Shown in pieces: positions 33,807 through 46,320 of a DNA stretch of 60,527 nt (its first letter is position 1; every line of letters begins with the position of its first letter). Under the pieces are notes generated by a model. The model ran no database searches and was not told the origin of the DNA. It was given only the letters and a program-made list of their open reading frames with translations. The translations under genes were made by a program, and so were the position numbers. Origin of the DNA: Thraustochytrium aureum. Taxonomy: Eukaryota. The stretch is taken from NCBI GenBank assembly GCA_012862495.1, contig BLSG01000142.1, forward strand, positions 100,051 to 160,577, written 5' to 3'.

Positions 33807-34271
33807 ATGGACCAATCCAGCCTGGAGCATCAGGGGCTGGAGGACCTGGGCGATACGATCATGCCGCCGCCGCCGCCGCCGCCGGAGAGCGCGACCTTGC
33901 CTGTTGGCGCTGTGCGGGCAACTAGGAAGCCGCAGCCAGGCAGAATAGTGCGGCTGCACAAGGACGCGGAGGAGGCGATGGACCGCGCGCTGGGCAAGGA
34001 CTGCTGGTTCACGAGCGATGTCAGCTTGGCGATCAAGTACCTGTTTTCTGTGCTTGACGACGTACCCAATGGGCTGGACGACTTTCGCTTGCACATCCAG
34101 CGCGTCAACGACGACAAGCGTGTCAAGAGCATGACGCGGCGCTCCCAGGAGGACCGCCGCAAGAAGCGCCGCGTCGAGAGCGAAAAGCTCGACCAGGCGC
34201 ATGAAACCAAAGTGCCCGACGAGGTGCACGCGGAAGACGGCCAACGCGAGCTCGACGACGTCCACCTGTGA
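33807..34271 (+). CDS. Hypothetical protein (poly-Pro N-terminus, basic NLS-like RRKKRR)
   Basis: ATG-started 154-aa ORF with coding-like codon usage, followed by an A-rich tract. No family recognised. Confidence 0.5.
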   Translation: MDQSSLEHQGLEDLGDTIMPPPPPPPESATLPVGAVRATRKPQPGRIVRLHKDAEEAMDRALGKDCWFTSDVSLAIKYLFSVLDDVPNGLDDFRLHIQRVNDDKRVKSMTRRSQEDRRKKRRVESEKLDQAHETKVPDEVHAEDGQRELDDVHL

Positions 34272-35251
34272 CGAAACCGCAAACGGAACTCGGCCCTGAT
34301 CCTCCGGGTGCCCGTGACACTGGAAAAAAAAAAACTGTACTCTTCGCTGGAGCGAGTGCGCGCCTGGCAAAACCTCCGCGCCGCTGCTCCATCTCCGCGT
34401 AGCCGCAAGTGCCGTTCGGTGTCACGCTGCTCGCCGGCGGCGCCCAATCCCATCTCGTCCTCCCTGACAGCATCTGCACATGTTCAATTGTTCATGAAAA
34501 CAAGCACAATCAGCGCTTTCCTCCCTCTGCTCCCGGCCGGCCTGTCAGGTCTTGTTGACCGCCAATCTCGCACGAGCTGGCCTGGCCCGGGCCGCAACGA
34601 CCAAAAGCTCGCCACTGTCCGACGCGGCCCGTCGCGAACAAACCGGTGCTCCTCGTTCCGCCCCCTTTTGCACCTTTTTTCCAGAGTGAAAGGAATTCTG
34701 TCGTCAGAGTGCCACAAGACCATGGCCGCGATCGGACTGGCCGGCGTCCCTCGTCACCCAGCGACTCGCTGGCCTGTTGCCACTATCATCACCGGCGCTC
34801 GCGGCCCAACTCGGCCGCTCTGCTCTCTCTACGTAGGCCTCCCAGTGCACATGCACATGCTCTGCGGGAGCGAAAACCACCCTCGCCGCTGGCCGTCGGT
34901 CGGCGGCGGCGCGGCCTTTGCGCAATAAATAAATGCTGGTCAGCCTCCGAGTCGTCCTGATCGAAGCCGCAGAGAGGAAGGAGGAGGCCGAGCTCCGAGG
35001 CCCTCCACCAACTTGATGTCTCTGCGAGTCTCTGCAGGGTTCAAGTTGGCCTTCGCTCGCTCGCTTCACTCGCTCTGTGGTTGTCGGTGCTCCGGCCGGG
35101 CAGATCTTCGCGCTCGATCAATCGACCTGCAGACCCGCAACGCACCCAACGAAGACAGATCGAGGCGAGCAGGATACTCTGGAGGACGAGTCGTGCGTGC
35201 GGAAAGGATTCTACGAAAGCCCAAGCTCCAGCGGGACTGAGAGCGCGCAGG

Positions 35252-37394
35252 ATGAGCGCGCCAGGGACGAACAAGGTGGACGTCGAGGTGCGCGGCGACG
35301 GGGTCGCCGTGGTCACCCTCGACCACTTTCCGCTCAACACGCTCTCGAACGCGGTGCAGCTCGGCATCGAAGACGCCGCCGTGCAGATCGAAGGCGACAA
35401 GCGCGTCAAGGCCGTCGTGGTGCGCGGGGCCGGGTCGAGGGCCTTTTGCGCCGGCGCGGACGTCGTCGACCTCAACAAGAAGCACGAGCGGTACCCGAAG
35501 AAGCCCTTCTTCCAGTACTTCGAGGCCCTCAACGTGCCGGTGGTGGCCGCGATCCAGGGGTTTGCGCTTGGCGGCGGCCTCGAGCTGGCCCTGAGCTGCC
35601 ACTACCGCGTCATCTCCAAGACCGGCGCCGTGGGCCTCCCCGAGGTCAACATCGGCCTGCTCCCGGGCGGCGGCGGCACCCAAGGCCTGCCGCGGCTCAC
35701 GGGCGCCAAGCTCGCCCTGGAGCTCATGCTCTCTGGCGCGCACGTGCCCGCTGTCAAGGCGCACCAAGCCGGCGTGGTTGACCTCGTCGTGGAGGACAAG
35801 GAGCTGATTGAGCGCGCTGTCGCCTTCGCGCTCGAGCGCGCCCAGTCCAACCCCTCCAACGAGGGCCGCCGCATCTCGACCATGCCGTGCCCGCCCCCGG
35901 AGGACGCAGGGCCCTGGTTCCGACAAGATGCGCAAGGCGATGGCGGCCAAGCGCCGCGGCCAGCCCGCGCCGCAGCGCATCATCGACTGCGTCGAGGCAG
36001 CCTGCAAGTCGGCCTACCCCGAGGGGCTCAAGACCGAGCAAAAGCTCTTCGGCACGCTTCTGGGCTCGCCCGAAGCCAACGCACTGCAGCACGCCTTCTT
36101 CTCCGAGCGCGGCGCCGCCAAGGTGCCCGGCCTGAAGGCCAAGCCGGCCAAGATCTCCAGCTTGGCCATGATCGGCTCGGGCCTCATGGCCGGCGGCATC
36201 GCCATGAACTTTGCCGAGCGCGGCATCAAGGTCATCATGCTCGACCGCGAGCAGGGCTACCTCGACAAGGGCATGGCCGTCATCAAGGCCAACTACGCCC
36301 GCAGCGTCCAGCGCGGGTCCAAGTCTCAGGCCGCCGTGGACAAGGCGCTGGCGCAGTTCTCCTGCACCACCTCCTACGACGAGATCAAAGACGTCGACCT
36401 CGTCATTGAGGCGGTCTTCGAAGACATGGACCTCAAGAAGGAGATCTTCGCCAAGCTCGACGCCACCTGCAAGGCGGGATGCATTCTGGCCACCAACACC
36501 AGCTTCCTCTCCATCGACGAGATGGCCGCTGTGACCAAGCGCCCCGAGGACGTCATCGGCATGCACTTTTTCTCGCCTGCCAACGTCATGCCCTTGCTCG
36601 AGGTCGTCCGCGGCGCCAAGAGCTCCCAGCGCACCATCGCCACCGCCATGGCCGTCGGCTCGCGCATTGGCAAGTGGTCTGTGCTCGTCGGCAACTGCCA
36701 CGGCTTCGTGGCAAACCGCATGATGGCCCAGTACGGCGTGGAGGCCCGCAACATGCTCATGGAGACCGACGCGTCCATCGAGCGCATCGACGCCGTTGCA
36801 ACCGACTACGGCATGCCGCTTGGCCCGTTCCAGCTCAGCGACCTTACCGGGCTGGCCATCGGAGTGGAGGCCCGCAAGAAGCGCGGCACCTTCGACCCGG
36901 AGAGAATTGTGCAGGACTGGCTCGTCGAGACCGGCCGTATGGGCATGAAGACCTCTGCTGGCTGGTACGACTACTCGAAAGACCGCAAGCGCTCCTCCAA
37001 CGCGCAGGTCAACCAGCGCATCCAGGAGACTCGCAAAGTCCTCGGCATGAAGCCTCGTTCGATCACGGACGAAGAGATCTTCCAGCGCCTCTTTTACCCA
37101 GTCATGAACGAGGGCTTCAAGATTCTCGAGGAGGGCTTTGCAACCCGCCCTGCCGACATCGATGTTGTGCTCATCCACGGCTACAACACGCCGCGCTACA
37201 AGGGCGGCATCATGTATGATGCCGATGTCATTGGCCTCCCGGTCATCCTCAAGGCGCTGCAGGGCTTCAGCAAGGCCTACCCCAAGGCCGACTACTTTGT
37301 GCCGTCCAAGCTCCTCGTCGACTGCGTCAACGCGAACGAGACACTTGCACGGTACTGGGTCAACCACGGCGCATCGATGCAAGCCAAGCTCTAA
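35252..37394 (+). CDS. EHHADH: Peroxisomal bifunctional enzyme: enoyl-CoA hydratase + 3-hydroxyacyl-CoA dehydrogenase (MFE-1 type); extra C at ~35921
   Basis: Crotonase motifs AFCAGAD, ALGGGLELALSC, GLPEVNIGLLPGGGGTQ. HAD motifs IGSGLMAGGIA, VIEAVFED, LATNTS, GMHFFSPA, GFVANR. C-terminal PTS1 -AKL. Confidence 0.92.
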
Positions 37395-37407
37395 CGCAAT
37401 GAAAATT

Positions 37408-37502
37408 CCGAGGATCCATCAGATCCATCGTGTCCCTGTCGATTGCTTGCCCTCCCGAGGATCCATCAGATCCATGGTGTCCGTGTCGATTGATTGCCCT
37501 CC
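37408..37502. repeat. 47-bp imperfect tandem duplication just 3' of the EHHADH stop
   Basis: ccgaggatccatcagatccat.gtgtcc.tgtcgattg.ttgccctc at 37408 and 37455. Confidence 0.9.
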
Positions 37503-38182
37503 CTTCTTCGTTCGTCGATGTCTTCGATGGATGGCCCTTGAGCTTGTTCTCCTTGACCGTGACATGACGCGATTCCTGTCCGCAGGCCAGCTCGGTGTAG
37601 AACGTAGAGTAGTCTACACTCATGATCGCAACGTCTGAAGAACACCGTGGCTGGCTGCAACACGGACCCAGAGCAGTATGGCCGACTGTGAGGCTCTCGA
37701 GTGGCGACATTCCGCCAATCTTTTCCGAGTCCTTTTCACTTGGACAACTACAAGGTCTACGCACGCCACGCATCATGCCTGCCTTGGCCCGGTAGAGCAA
37801 TTTGTAGAGTACTTAGAGAGTGGTGGGCTGGTCATCTCTGTCCCGCGCGCGGTGCGAGCCGTCCTCGGTACCGGTTGTGCCGCTTTCCGAGTCCGGGCGA
37901 AGATGCGTTGTTCTTGCCCGTTCGTATACTCAGGCTCGAGATCGCGCGTGTTGTGGAGTGCTGTGCAGAGCCCCAACGCGGTCGGGCAAGACAAAGCCAA
38001 TCAACGCAGCGGTGCAACGGAGGCAGAAAGAAAGCAAGCAAGAAAGAAAGAAAGGAAGGAAGAACTTGGAAAACGAAAGCAAGCAATCGCAGAGCTGCCT
38101 GGCGTTCCGGATTGGCACTGAGCTGGGTTGCGAACGACCGCGCGAGGCGCCTTTACGATTCGCTCAAGACTGCCACGGGACA

Positions 38183-41100
38183 ATGCGCGGGGACAAGGAG
38201 GTGAACGTCAAGGTGTCGGACCTGCTCGTTCGCGCGCTCGAGAATGAAGGCGTAGAGTACGTGTTCGGCATTCCCGGCGAGGAAAACCTCGACGTTACCG
38301 AATCGCTCCGCAAATCAAAGAAGATCAAGCTCATCTTGACGAGGCACGAGCAGGCGGCCGGTTTCATGGCCGCCACCGTTGGCCGGCTGACAGGCAACCT
38401 GAGCGTCGCACTCGCCACCCTCGGGCCTGGGGCAACCAACCTCACGACCGCAGCCGCGTTCGCGAATTTGGGCGGGTTCAGCTGCATGCTGATCACTGGG
38501 CAAAAGGGCATCAAAGACACTACGCAGGCTGCCTTTCAGATCGTCGACATCCCGGCGCTCATGCGCCCGCTCACAAAGTTCACGACGTCGGTGCCTCACG
38601 GCAACGTCCTGAGCGCCACCGTGCGCAAGGCTGCGCGGATCGCGACGACCGAGAAAAACGGGCCCGTCCACATCGAACTCCCGGAGGACGTGGCGAGCGA
38701 GATGACGCGCGAGGTCATCTTCGACCCCACGCCACTGCGGCGCCCCGTGGCCGACGAGAAGGGCATCGCCCGGGCCACCGAGGTCCTGCTGCAGGCCAAG
38801 CGGCCCATAATGATGATCGGCGCAGCCGCAAACCGACAGCGCGCGGTTCGCGCCCTCAACCAGTTCATCAAAGACCACCAGATCCCGGTGTTCTGCACGC
38901 AGATGGGCAAGGGCATCGTGAGCGAGGACAGTGAGCTGTTTATGGGCTGTGCGGCGCTCTCGTCCAAGGACCACGTCCACACCGCCATCGAGGCATCGGA
39001 CTGCATCATCAGCGTGGGCCACGACGAGACTGAAAAGCCGCCGTTCCTCATGACGTCACAAAAGCGGACGGTGCTCCACGTCGGGTTCTTGCCCTCTGTG
39101 GTCAGCAACTACTGGTATCCGACCTGCGAGGTCGTCGGCGACGTGGCCAACGCGATTTGGAACATCGGCGAGCGGCTCAAGGCCGAGCGCGGCCTCGGCT
39201 CGTATGCGTCGCCCATCTTCACCCGCATCAAGCAGCTCAGCGACGTGTGCATGAACGAAGGCTCGAACGACGACGCCTTTCCGGTCAACATCCTACGCGT
39301 CGTGAAGGACGTGCGGGCAGCGCTCCCCGCGGACGGCATTCTGTCGCTGGACAACGGGCTCTACAAAATCTTTTTCGCTCGCAACTTCCCGGCGCTCACC
39401 CCGAACAGCGTGCTTTTGGACAACGCGCTCGCCACGATGGGCGCCGGGCTGCCAAACGGACTCGCGGCGCGTATCGCGCTGCCGGAGAAGAAGACCGTCG
39501 TCATCACAGGCGACGGGGGCTACTTGATGAATTGTCCCGAGCTGCAAACCGCGGTCCAGTTCGGCCTAGACCTCGTCGTGCTCGTGCTGAAACGACAACG
39601 CGCTTGGCATGATCCAGTGGAAGCAAACCAACATGGGCTTCGACTCGTGGGGGCTGGACCTGAAAAACCCGGACTTTGTCATGCACGCAAGGTCCTTTGG
39701 CGCGCACGGGCATCGCATCGAGGCCGCGGCAGACCTGGAGCCGCTGCTCAAGCGCTGCATTGAGGAAGAAGGGGTGCACGTGATCGAGGTGCCGATTTCC
39801 TACGCCTGGGCAAAGCAGGTCCTCGGCAAGATCCCCATCCAGGCTGCGGAAATTGTGCGCCGTGTCAAGGAGGAGTTTCCCGACCTCGAGCTGGAGGACT
39901 CGATGCCCGGCGAGGCCCAAGAGGTGCAGAGCGACGACCCAGAGCGCGACTTGACGGCGTGCAAAGAGAGGTTGGACCATGCGCCTGAAGCGCCAGATAG
40001 CCGAAGGGCTGGCAAGGGCGACAATCTGCGTCACCACGAGAGCGACCCCGCGAGTGACGGGGCTAGCCACGGCTCGGACGCTGGCGAGTCCGGCTCGGCG
40101 CCTGAGAGCGGCGCTAAGGGCGAGGGCGGGCGCGGCGCAGCGCGCCATGGGTTTTCCATCAACAAGGGCGACAACGTGCCTTTCTACCTGGCGGGCGAGC
40201 CCACGGCGCCCAACAGCGAGCTTGAGGTGACCAACAAGTACACCCAGGAGGTTTTTTGCACGACCGCCCGGGCTGGGCCCGAGGACGTCGAGAAGGCGAT
40301 CGCTGCCGCGGCAGGGCCTGGCGCAGCGAAGATGCGAGCACTGCCGCCCTACAAGCGCAAGCAGATCCTGCTCAACGTGGTCGAGGGTGCCAAACGCCGC
40401 TTTGAAGAGTTTGCCTACATGCTTGCCATCGAGGCTGGCAAGCCGATCAAGGACGCTCGCGGCGAGGTCGGCCGGCTCATCGACACCTTTCAGATCGCGG
40501 CCGAAGAGGCGGTGCGCATCTACGGCGAATACCAAAACCTCGAGATCTCCGAGCGCGNNNNNNNNNNNNNNNNNNNNNNNNNNNNNNNNNNNNNNNNNNN
40601 NNNNNNNNNNNNNNNNNNNNNNNNNNNNNNNNNNNNNNNNNNNNNNNNNNNNNNNNNNNNNNNNNNNNNNNNNNNNNNNNNNNNNNNNNNNNNNNNNNNN
40701 NNNNNNNNNNNNNNNNNNNNNNNNNNNNNNNNNNNNNNNNNNNNNNNNNNNNNNNNNNNNNNNNNNNNNNNNNNNNNNNNNNNNNNNNNNAAGGAAGGGT
40801 TTTCAATCGTTCCTTGCTCGCGCGAGGCGGGTACGGCGTTGACAGAGGACGAGCGGTTCAAGCTTTTGACGTTTACGGGCTCCCCGACCGTCGGCTGGGA
40901 GCTCAAGAGCCGCGCCGGCAAGAAGGCGGTCGTGCTCGAGCTGGGCGGCAACGCTGCCTGCATTGTTGACGATCTCTCGCAGGGCTTGGACAAGACGGTC
41001 TCTGCGGTGGTTCATGGAGCCTTTTACCAGTCGGGCCAGAGCTGCATCAGCGTGCAGCGCCTTCTCGTTCACGACAGCATTTATGAGCGTTTCAAAAAAG

Positions 41101-41645
41101 CGCTCGTTTCTGCCACGGCGGATCTCAAGACGGGCGACCCGCTCAGCGAGGAGACATTTGTGGGCCCTCTCATCTCGGCGAACGACGCCGAGCGCGTCGT
41201 CGAATGGATTCGTGAGGCGACTGACGGTGGAGCCACGCTGTTGTGCGGAGGGGAAAAGCTGAGCGACGTGATCGTGTCCGCTGCAGTCGTCGAAAACGTC
41301 CCGCGCGACTGCAAGCTCAGCGCCGAGGAGGTTTTTGGCCCAGTGGTGTGTCTGCAGCGATACCAAGACTTCAAGGCGGCCGTCGACCTTGTCAACGACT
41401 CCAAGTTCGGCTTGCAGGCCGGCGTTTACACCAACAATTGGAACAAGGCCAACTACGCGTTCGACTGCATCGAGGCGGGCGGCGTCTGCATCAACACTGT
41501 CCCGTCGATCCGCATCGACTCGCAGGCATACGGGGGTATCAAAGACTCTGGGCTCGGCCGGGAGGGCATTCGCTATGCGCTTGAGGACATGACTGAGGTG
41601 AAAGTCATGGTAATGAAGGACGCCGGCCGCGCCGACCTGTTCTAG
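38183..41645 (+). CDS. Fusion: ThDP-dependent acetolactate-synthase-like/2-oxoacid decarboxylase + aldehyde dehydrogenase (family 21-like); extra A at ~39590; internal gap 40558-40790
   Basis: N-terminal: ALENEGVEYVFGIPGEENL, TRHEQAAGFMA, TLGPGATN, GDGGYLMN..VL(NDNALGMIQWKQ after removing one A). An uninterrupted ~110-aa acidic G/S linker leads in frame into ALDH: LEVTNKYT, IEAGKPIKDARGEV, TFTGS, LELGGNAA, FYQSGQSCISVQR, EEVFGP, YGGIKDSGLGREG. Confidence 0.85.
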
Positions 41646-42062
41646 CAAGTGTCCTTGTTCGAGCGCGACAACACAACGTCACAACATCCGCACCACAAAA
41701 TCTTTTATAAAAAAAACCACCAAAGAAACCACCACCAAACGGAGACGAACAAACCCATCCGCAGCGCCGCACGCACACGGAGCGCGACGTCGCGGCCGTC
41801 CCGCGCGAAAGCCACTTGGACCCCAAAAATGACCGTTACACTTGCCTCCAGCACGAACTCGTTCACCATCACACCGAGCACGATTCGGGTGCGCCCCGCG
41901 GTCGAGCGCTTGGGCACACGCGCCAATGCTCATTGAGCGGAGCCGCGCGGTCATTGAGAGCACAGCTTTCAATTGGCGCGATGAAGAAGCGCGGGGCTGA
42001 CGCGCGACCCCCAGGCGCGGGCGCAGCGGACAAGCTCTTCTGCTGCGTTACGGACTACGAAC

Positions 42063-42689
42063 ATGAGCGACGGCTCGGCTGCGCTCGCGGCAAAGCCAGC
42101 CTCGGGGCCCGCGAGGCAGACGGCGACCAGGAACAGACGTCGAGCGACGGCCCAACGAGAGTATCGCCACCCGAGGTTTATGAACGAGGAGATTGAGCAG
42201 CTTGGTGCGCAGGTGGCGCGGCTGGACCGCGCCGCAGCGGCGAAGGCGGCGAGGCTTGCTCGACTTCAAGCTGACCGCCGAAGCGTGGAGGAGGAGACGC
42301 TCAAAACCCAGCTGGACCTTCAGATCCTGTTGCAGATTCTCAAGGAATTCGCCAAGGAGCGCCGCGGCCCTTCGACCAACCAAATCACAGCCAGCAACGC
42401 GAGCAGGGTTCCGGAACCGCTTGGGCTCGGCGCGGCGTCGCTGGAGCGCGACTACGGCAACTTGGCAGAGTTGGACGTCGCCGATCTAGACATTTACATG
42501 GCCGAGGCGTTTCGCTCCATGCTCGACGCTTCCAGCGCCAAGGAGCTGTCGTCTCCAAAGCAGGTCTTCTCGCCGAAAGCTCGAAAAGCGGCATCGAGTA
42601 AGCGCGGCGAATCGCCAGAGGGCTCCAAGCCAATCGTTGTCCTGTCTCGCCAGAGAAAGGCGGCGCATTGGCCCTGTTTCGTCACCTGA
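42063..42689 (+). CDS. Hypothetical coiled-coil protein
   Basis: 208-aa ATG ORF with a heptad-rich segment (EEIEQLGAQVARLDR..LKTQLDLQILLQILKE). The true start could be the internal M near 42180, and the C-terminus may be frameshifted. Confidence 0.45.
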   Translation: MSDGSAALAAKPASGPARQTATRNRRRATAQREYRHPRFMNEEIEQLGAQVARLDRAAAAKAARLARLQADRRSVEEETLKTQLDLQILLQILKEFAKERRGPSTNQITASNASRVPEPLGLGAASLERDYGNLAELDVADLDIYMAEAFRSMLDASSAKELSSPKQVFSPKARKAASSKRGESPEGSKPIVVLSRQRKAAHWPCFVT

Positions 42690-42943
42690 GCGAGTCGCTG
42701 GGCACTCTCGAGGTGAGCGCGACGAGTTGCCGTAGCGAGCGCCGCGAAGACTGGACCGGGAGCGGCGGCCGGTGGGCAAGCTGCCCAGAGCGGGCGCTGC
42801 CATACCAACTAATGGGTAGAAGAGCGTTAGCGTTACTTAAAAATAAAGAGGGAAGAGCGCTCCTGCTGGCCAGCCGGCTGCCCGCCCTCGCTGCGATGTG
42901 CAGCTAGCCCCCCCCCAAAAAAGCCGTCGAGGCGTCGCTGCGA

Positions 42944-45161
42944 TCAGTTGAGGAACGACAGGTCAACGGTAGTCTCGGAGACGCCAGCATAGCCAAACGG
43001 GTCGTCAGCCCCGAGCTGCTGCGAAGAGTCCAAGCCGTCAGCGGCACCATGCGTCAAGCCCGACAAAAAGGGGCCACGCAGCCCAGGCGACGGCCCGGAA
43101 AAGAACGCCTTTGAGCTCTCCGCAGACGAAGTTGAGGACACAGATGTCGCTGGCGACATCAGGTACCGAGCGTTGTCCAGATCTCCGCTGCGCTCCTCGT
43201 CGCTCACGGCGCAGTGCAAGTAGAGCGGGCTAAGCGGTGCCCAGGTTTGCAGCGGGTCCAAACCCGGCCCGCCCACGGCCGCCGGGCTCGACATTGGCGA
43301 CCATGCCTCGCGAGCCGGGCCAGGGGAAGGGCATTCGATACCGGGCGGGGGCCCGGCTGCACGCTTGGGCGAGCGGCTTGAGGAGACAGGCGTAGCAGGC
43401 GATGCATTTTTGGCAGTCCCGTGGCGGCTAGGCCTGAAGCGCGGTTCGTTTGCCGGGGATTTGAGCGGCGTGAGACCAGTAGGAGTCACTGGCGGCTGCT
43501 GCTGCGTTGTGGCTTTGGCCGGCAATCCTGCGAGCGGGAAAACCTGTGTTGTGCGCGACTCGTTCGGGCCATGGGGCTTGGGGTTCGTACCACGTCCAGA
43601 GCGACGCGAGCTGGGCGCATGGGGTTGACTGCGCGCAGCGTCCTTGGCGGGGTTCTTCTCGGGATGTACGACTGTTTGGCGGTGTGCGTTCCGTACTCGG
43701 GGCATGGACCTCGGTTTGCGGGTCGTGGATCCAGAGCGCTTCGGCGTTTTGGGTTGCGCAGAAGTCGGCGGGGCAGAGGTCTTTGGCGTGGCGGTGTGCG
43801 GGGAAGCGGTTGCGGGCTGCGAAGCGGCGGTTTCCAATTGTCCGCTAGATGCGCTCTCGACGCGGCTGCCCCTGCGCTGGTGCAGCCCAGGGCGTGCAGC
43901 ATCAATGATTGGGCCAAGACTTTGCCCAGGTCCAGGAGGCGGCGACGGCGGCGACGGCGGAAGGGCTTGCATGGCAGCAACGAGATTGACCGTGCGGACC
44001 TCCGAGTGCAGGATCGAGGAAAGCGAATATACCGAGGGCGACTCAAAGTACTTGTCACCTGCCGCGAAAGACGAGGACGCGCAAATTGCAAAGTCGAGGA
44101 GCTCTTGCGCGTCGGCACATTTCGTGCGACGCGCGTCGCGAGACCCCTCGGTGGAGGAAGCAAGCCGCGCGGCGGCAGACGAGAAGCGGTTCGAGGCGAG
44201 TTCGGGGCGCGACGCATGCCAGCCGCCGACGATGATCTGGTAGCAGGCTTCGTTGCAGACGTTTGGGCTGAAGGGCAAGGGGCTCGCACTGCGACATGCT
44301 CGGAAGCGGCCGCGCAGCAAAAACTCGGCCTGGTCCGCGCATCCTCTCGCCGCGAGAGCGCGGAAAACAGTGGCAAAAAGCGCGTCGATGCTGCGCGACG
44401 TGTCGCCCAAAGCTGCGGAGGCCTGGTCAAGCAGCTTGACTGCATAATCCGGGCGGCCGCATCGGATGCAGGTGTCCACAGCACACGGCCACAGCGCAGT
44501 CACGAGGCTTGACGGACTGTGCAAACTGTCCTTGGCGGAGCGCACGCACTCGGCTAGTGCGAGTACCAGCGCATTGTGCAAATCGTCGAGGCGAGAGTCT
44601 GGCGCGGAGGGGAGCGGCCCGACGTGGTTGCGGTCAGTGGCCCACACGAGGTCGCGCCAAAACCACCCCGAGGCCATAAATGCTTTTGACACGTCCGCTG
44701 GCTCGAGGTACTGGAGGATGAGCCAGGACGGCGACCTACAGCGCGACTCGGAGGGAGAGACAGGCCGCGCTCGACGAGGGCCGCGCGCGCTTGCGGCCTG
44801 CTGCGGCAGGCTGATCGGGTTCGGCCTGCTGCCGGTCGGGTCGCTCGCGGCTCGAAGGATCTTGTTCATGAGGCTGAGCGCGGATGCCATCGCGTTCTCG
44901 GCGCGCGTGAGCGGCGCTTGGGGCCGAAGTGGGCTTGGCTGCTGGCGAGGCGGAGAAGAACTCGAGACGGGCCCGTTTCCGCCCTCAGGTCTACGGCTGG
45001 CTTGCAGAGCCGACGTGAGCGCGGTGGGCGCAGATTTGGGTTTCCTGGGCGAGCTCGGCACGTTGCGCCGCCTGTCACCCGCCGGCGGCTTGCCCTGAGC
45101 GACCTCAATCCCGCCCTTGAGCCCGCGTTTCGCCACGAAGAAAATGCCTTGCACGACTTTG
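42944..45161 (-). CDS. Hypothetical protein, 5' part in gap: F-box-like motif, degenerate helical (PPR-like) repeats, long P/S-rich disordered tail
   Basis: Open frame of more than 700 aa. ILQYLEPADVSKAFMASGWFWRDL is F-box-like; WPCAVDTCIRCGRPDYAVKLLDQ and FATVFRALAARGCADQAEFLL are PPR-like. Confidence 0.5.
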
Positions 45162-46320
45162 NNNNNNNNNNNNNNNNNNNNNNNNNNNNNNNNNNNNNNN
45201 NNNNNNNNNNNNNNNNNNNNNNNNNNNNNNNNNNNNNNNNNNNNNNNNNNNNNNNNNNNNNNNNNNNNNNNNNNNNNNNNNNNNNNNNNNNNNNNNNNNN
45301 NNNNNNNNNNNNNNNNNNNNNNNNNNNNNNNNNNNNNNNNNNNNNNNNNNNNNNNNNNNNNNNNNNNNNNNNNNNNNNNNNNNNNNNNNNNNNNNNNNNN
45401 NNNNNNNNNNNNNNNNNNNNNNNNNNNNNNNNNNNNNNNNNNNNNNNNNNNNNNNNNNNNNNNNNNNNNNNNNNNNNNNNNNNNNNNNNNNNNNNNNNNN
45501 NNNNNNNNNNNNNNNNNNNNNNNNNNNNNNNNNNNNNNNNNNNNNNNNNNNNNNNNNNNNNNNNNNNNNNNNNNNNNNNNNNNNNNNNNNNNNNNNNNNN
45601 NNNNNNNNNNNNNNNNNNNNNNNNNNNNNNNNNNNNNNNNNNNNNNNNNNNNNNNNNNNNNNNNNNNNNNNNNNNNNNNNNNNNNNNNNNNNNNNNNNNN
45701 NNNNNNNNNNNNNNNNNNNNNNNNNNCCTTGCGCCAGAGAGTCATGCAGGGGAACCCGTACACCGTTTTCTAAGGGCTGTTGGTTCCCCTTGAACGCGAG
45801 AAAGAGCAGGGAGGCACCGGTTCTCTCGTGTGGGATGTGGGTGCGCGGGTTCCCCTCTACGAGATTGCGCGGCTCACTGTGTGGGGGGCGTTGCTCGCCG
45901 CCCTCTGGCGATTGCACGAAATGTATTGTGTTTTTGATGGATTGGTGGGCTGCCCTCTTTGCGTGCGGCGAGAACAGAGAGCGACGGCTTGGTGGGGGTA
46001 TTCGAGTGGTCAGCGCGCAGTATTCGAGTGGTGTTGTGGCGGCGGCGTGGATTGTTGTGACGCGGGACTCGCGAGTCTCGCGCTAGTACAGGGTTGCGAT
46101 GGCCGGCATGTGGCTGTCGGAGCGACCAATGGCTGTCTGTCTGTTGCACAGGAGAATCGTTGAGTAGGTGCTTACTTGAGTTGGACTCCAACGCGAAGCG
46201 TCTGCTGGCGAGCAACACACACATCATTCAGTGGTCGTCGCCGTCGTTGCACGGTGCGGCCCCGGCCACCCACTGGTGCTGCGAGACCCAGGCAGCGAGA
46301 CTTTACAAAGGCTATTTGAC

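Noticed and set aside
37820..38182. In-frame N-terminal extension of the ThDP-ALDH fusion as a targeting peptide
   Set aside because: There is no in-frame ATG before 38183 and the region contains a GAAA/GCAA microsatellite, so it is most likely 5'UTR.
35252..41645. Bacterial contamination or operon (EHHADH-like gene next to ALS-ALDH)
   Set aside because: The bifunctional enzyme ends in a peroxisomal PTS1, the intergenic DNA has the same SSR style as the rest of the window, and nearby genes are spliced eukaryotic genes.
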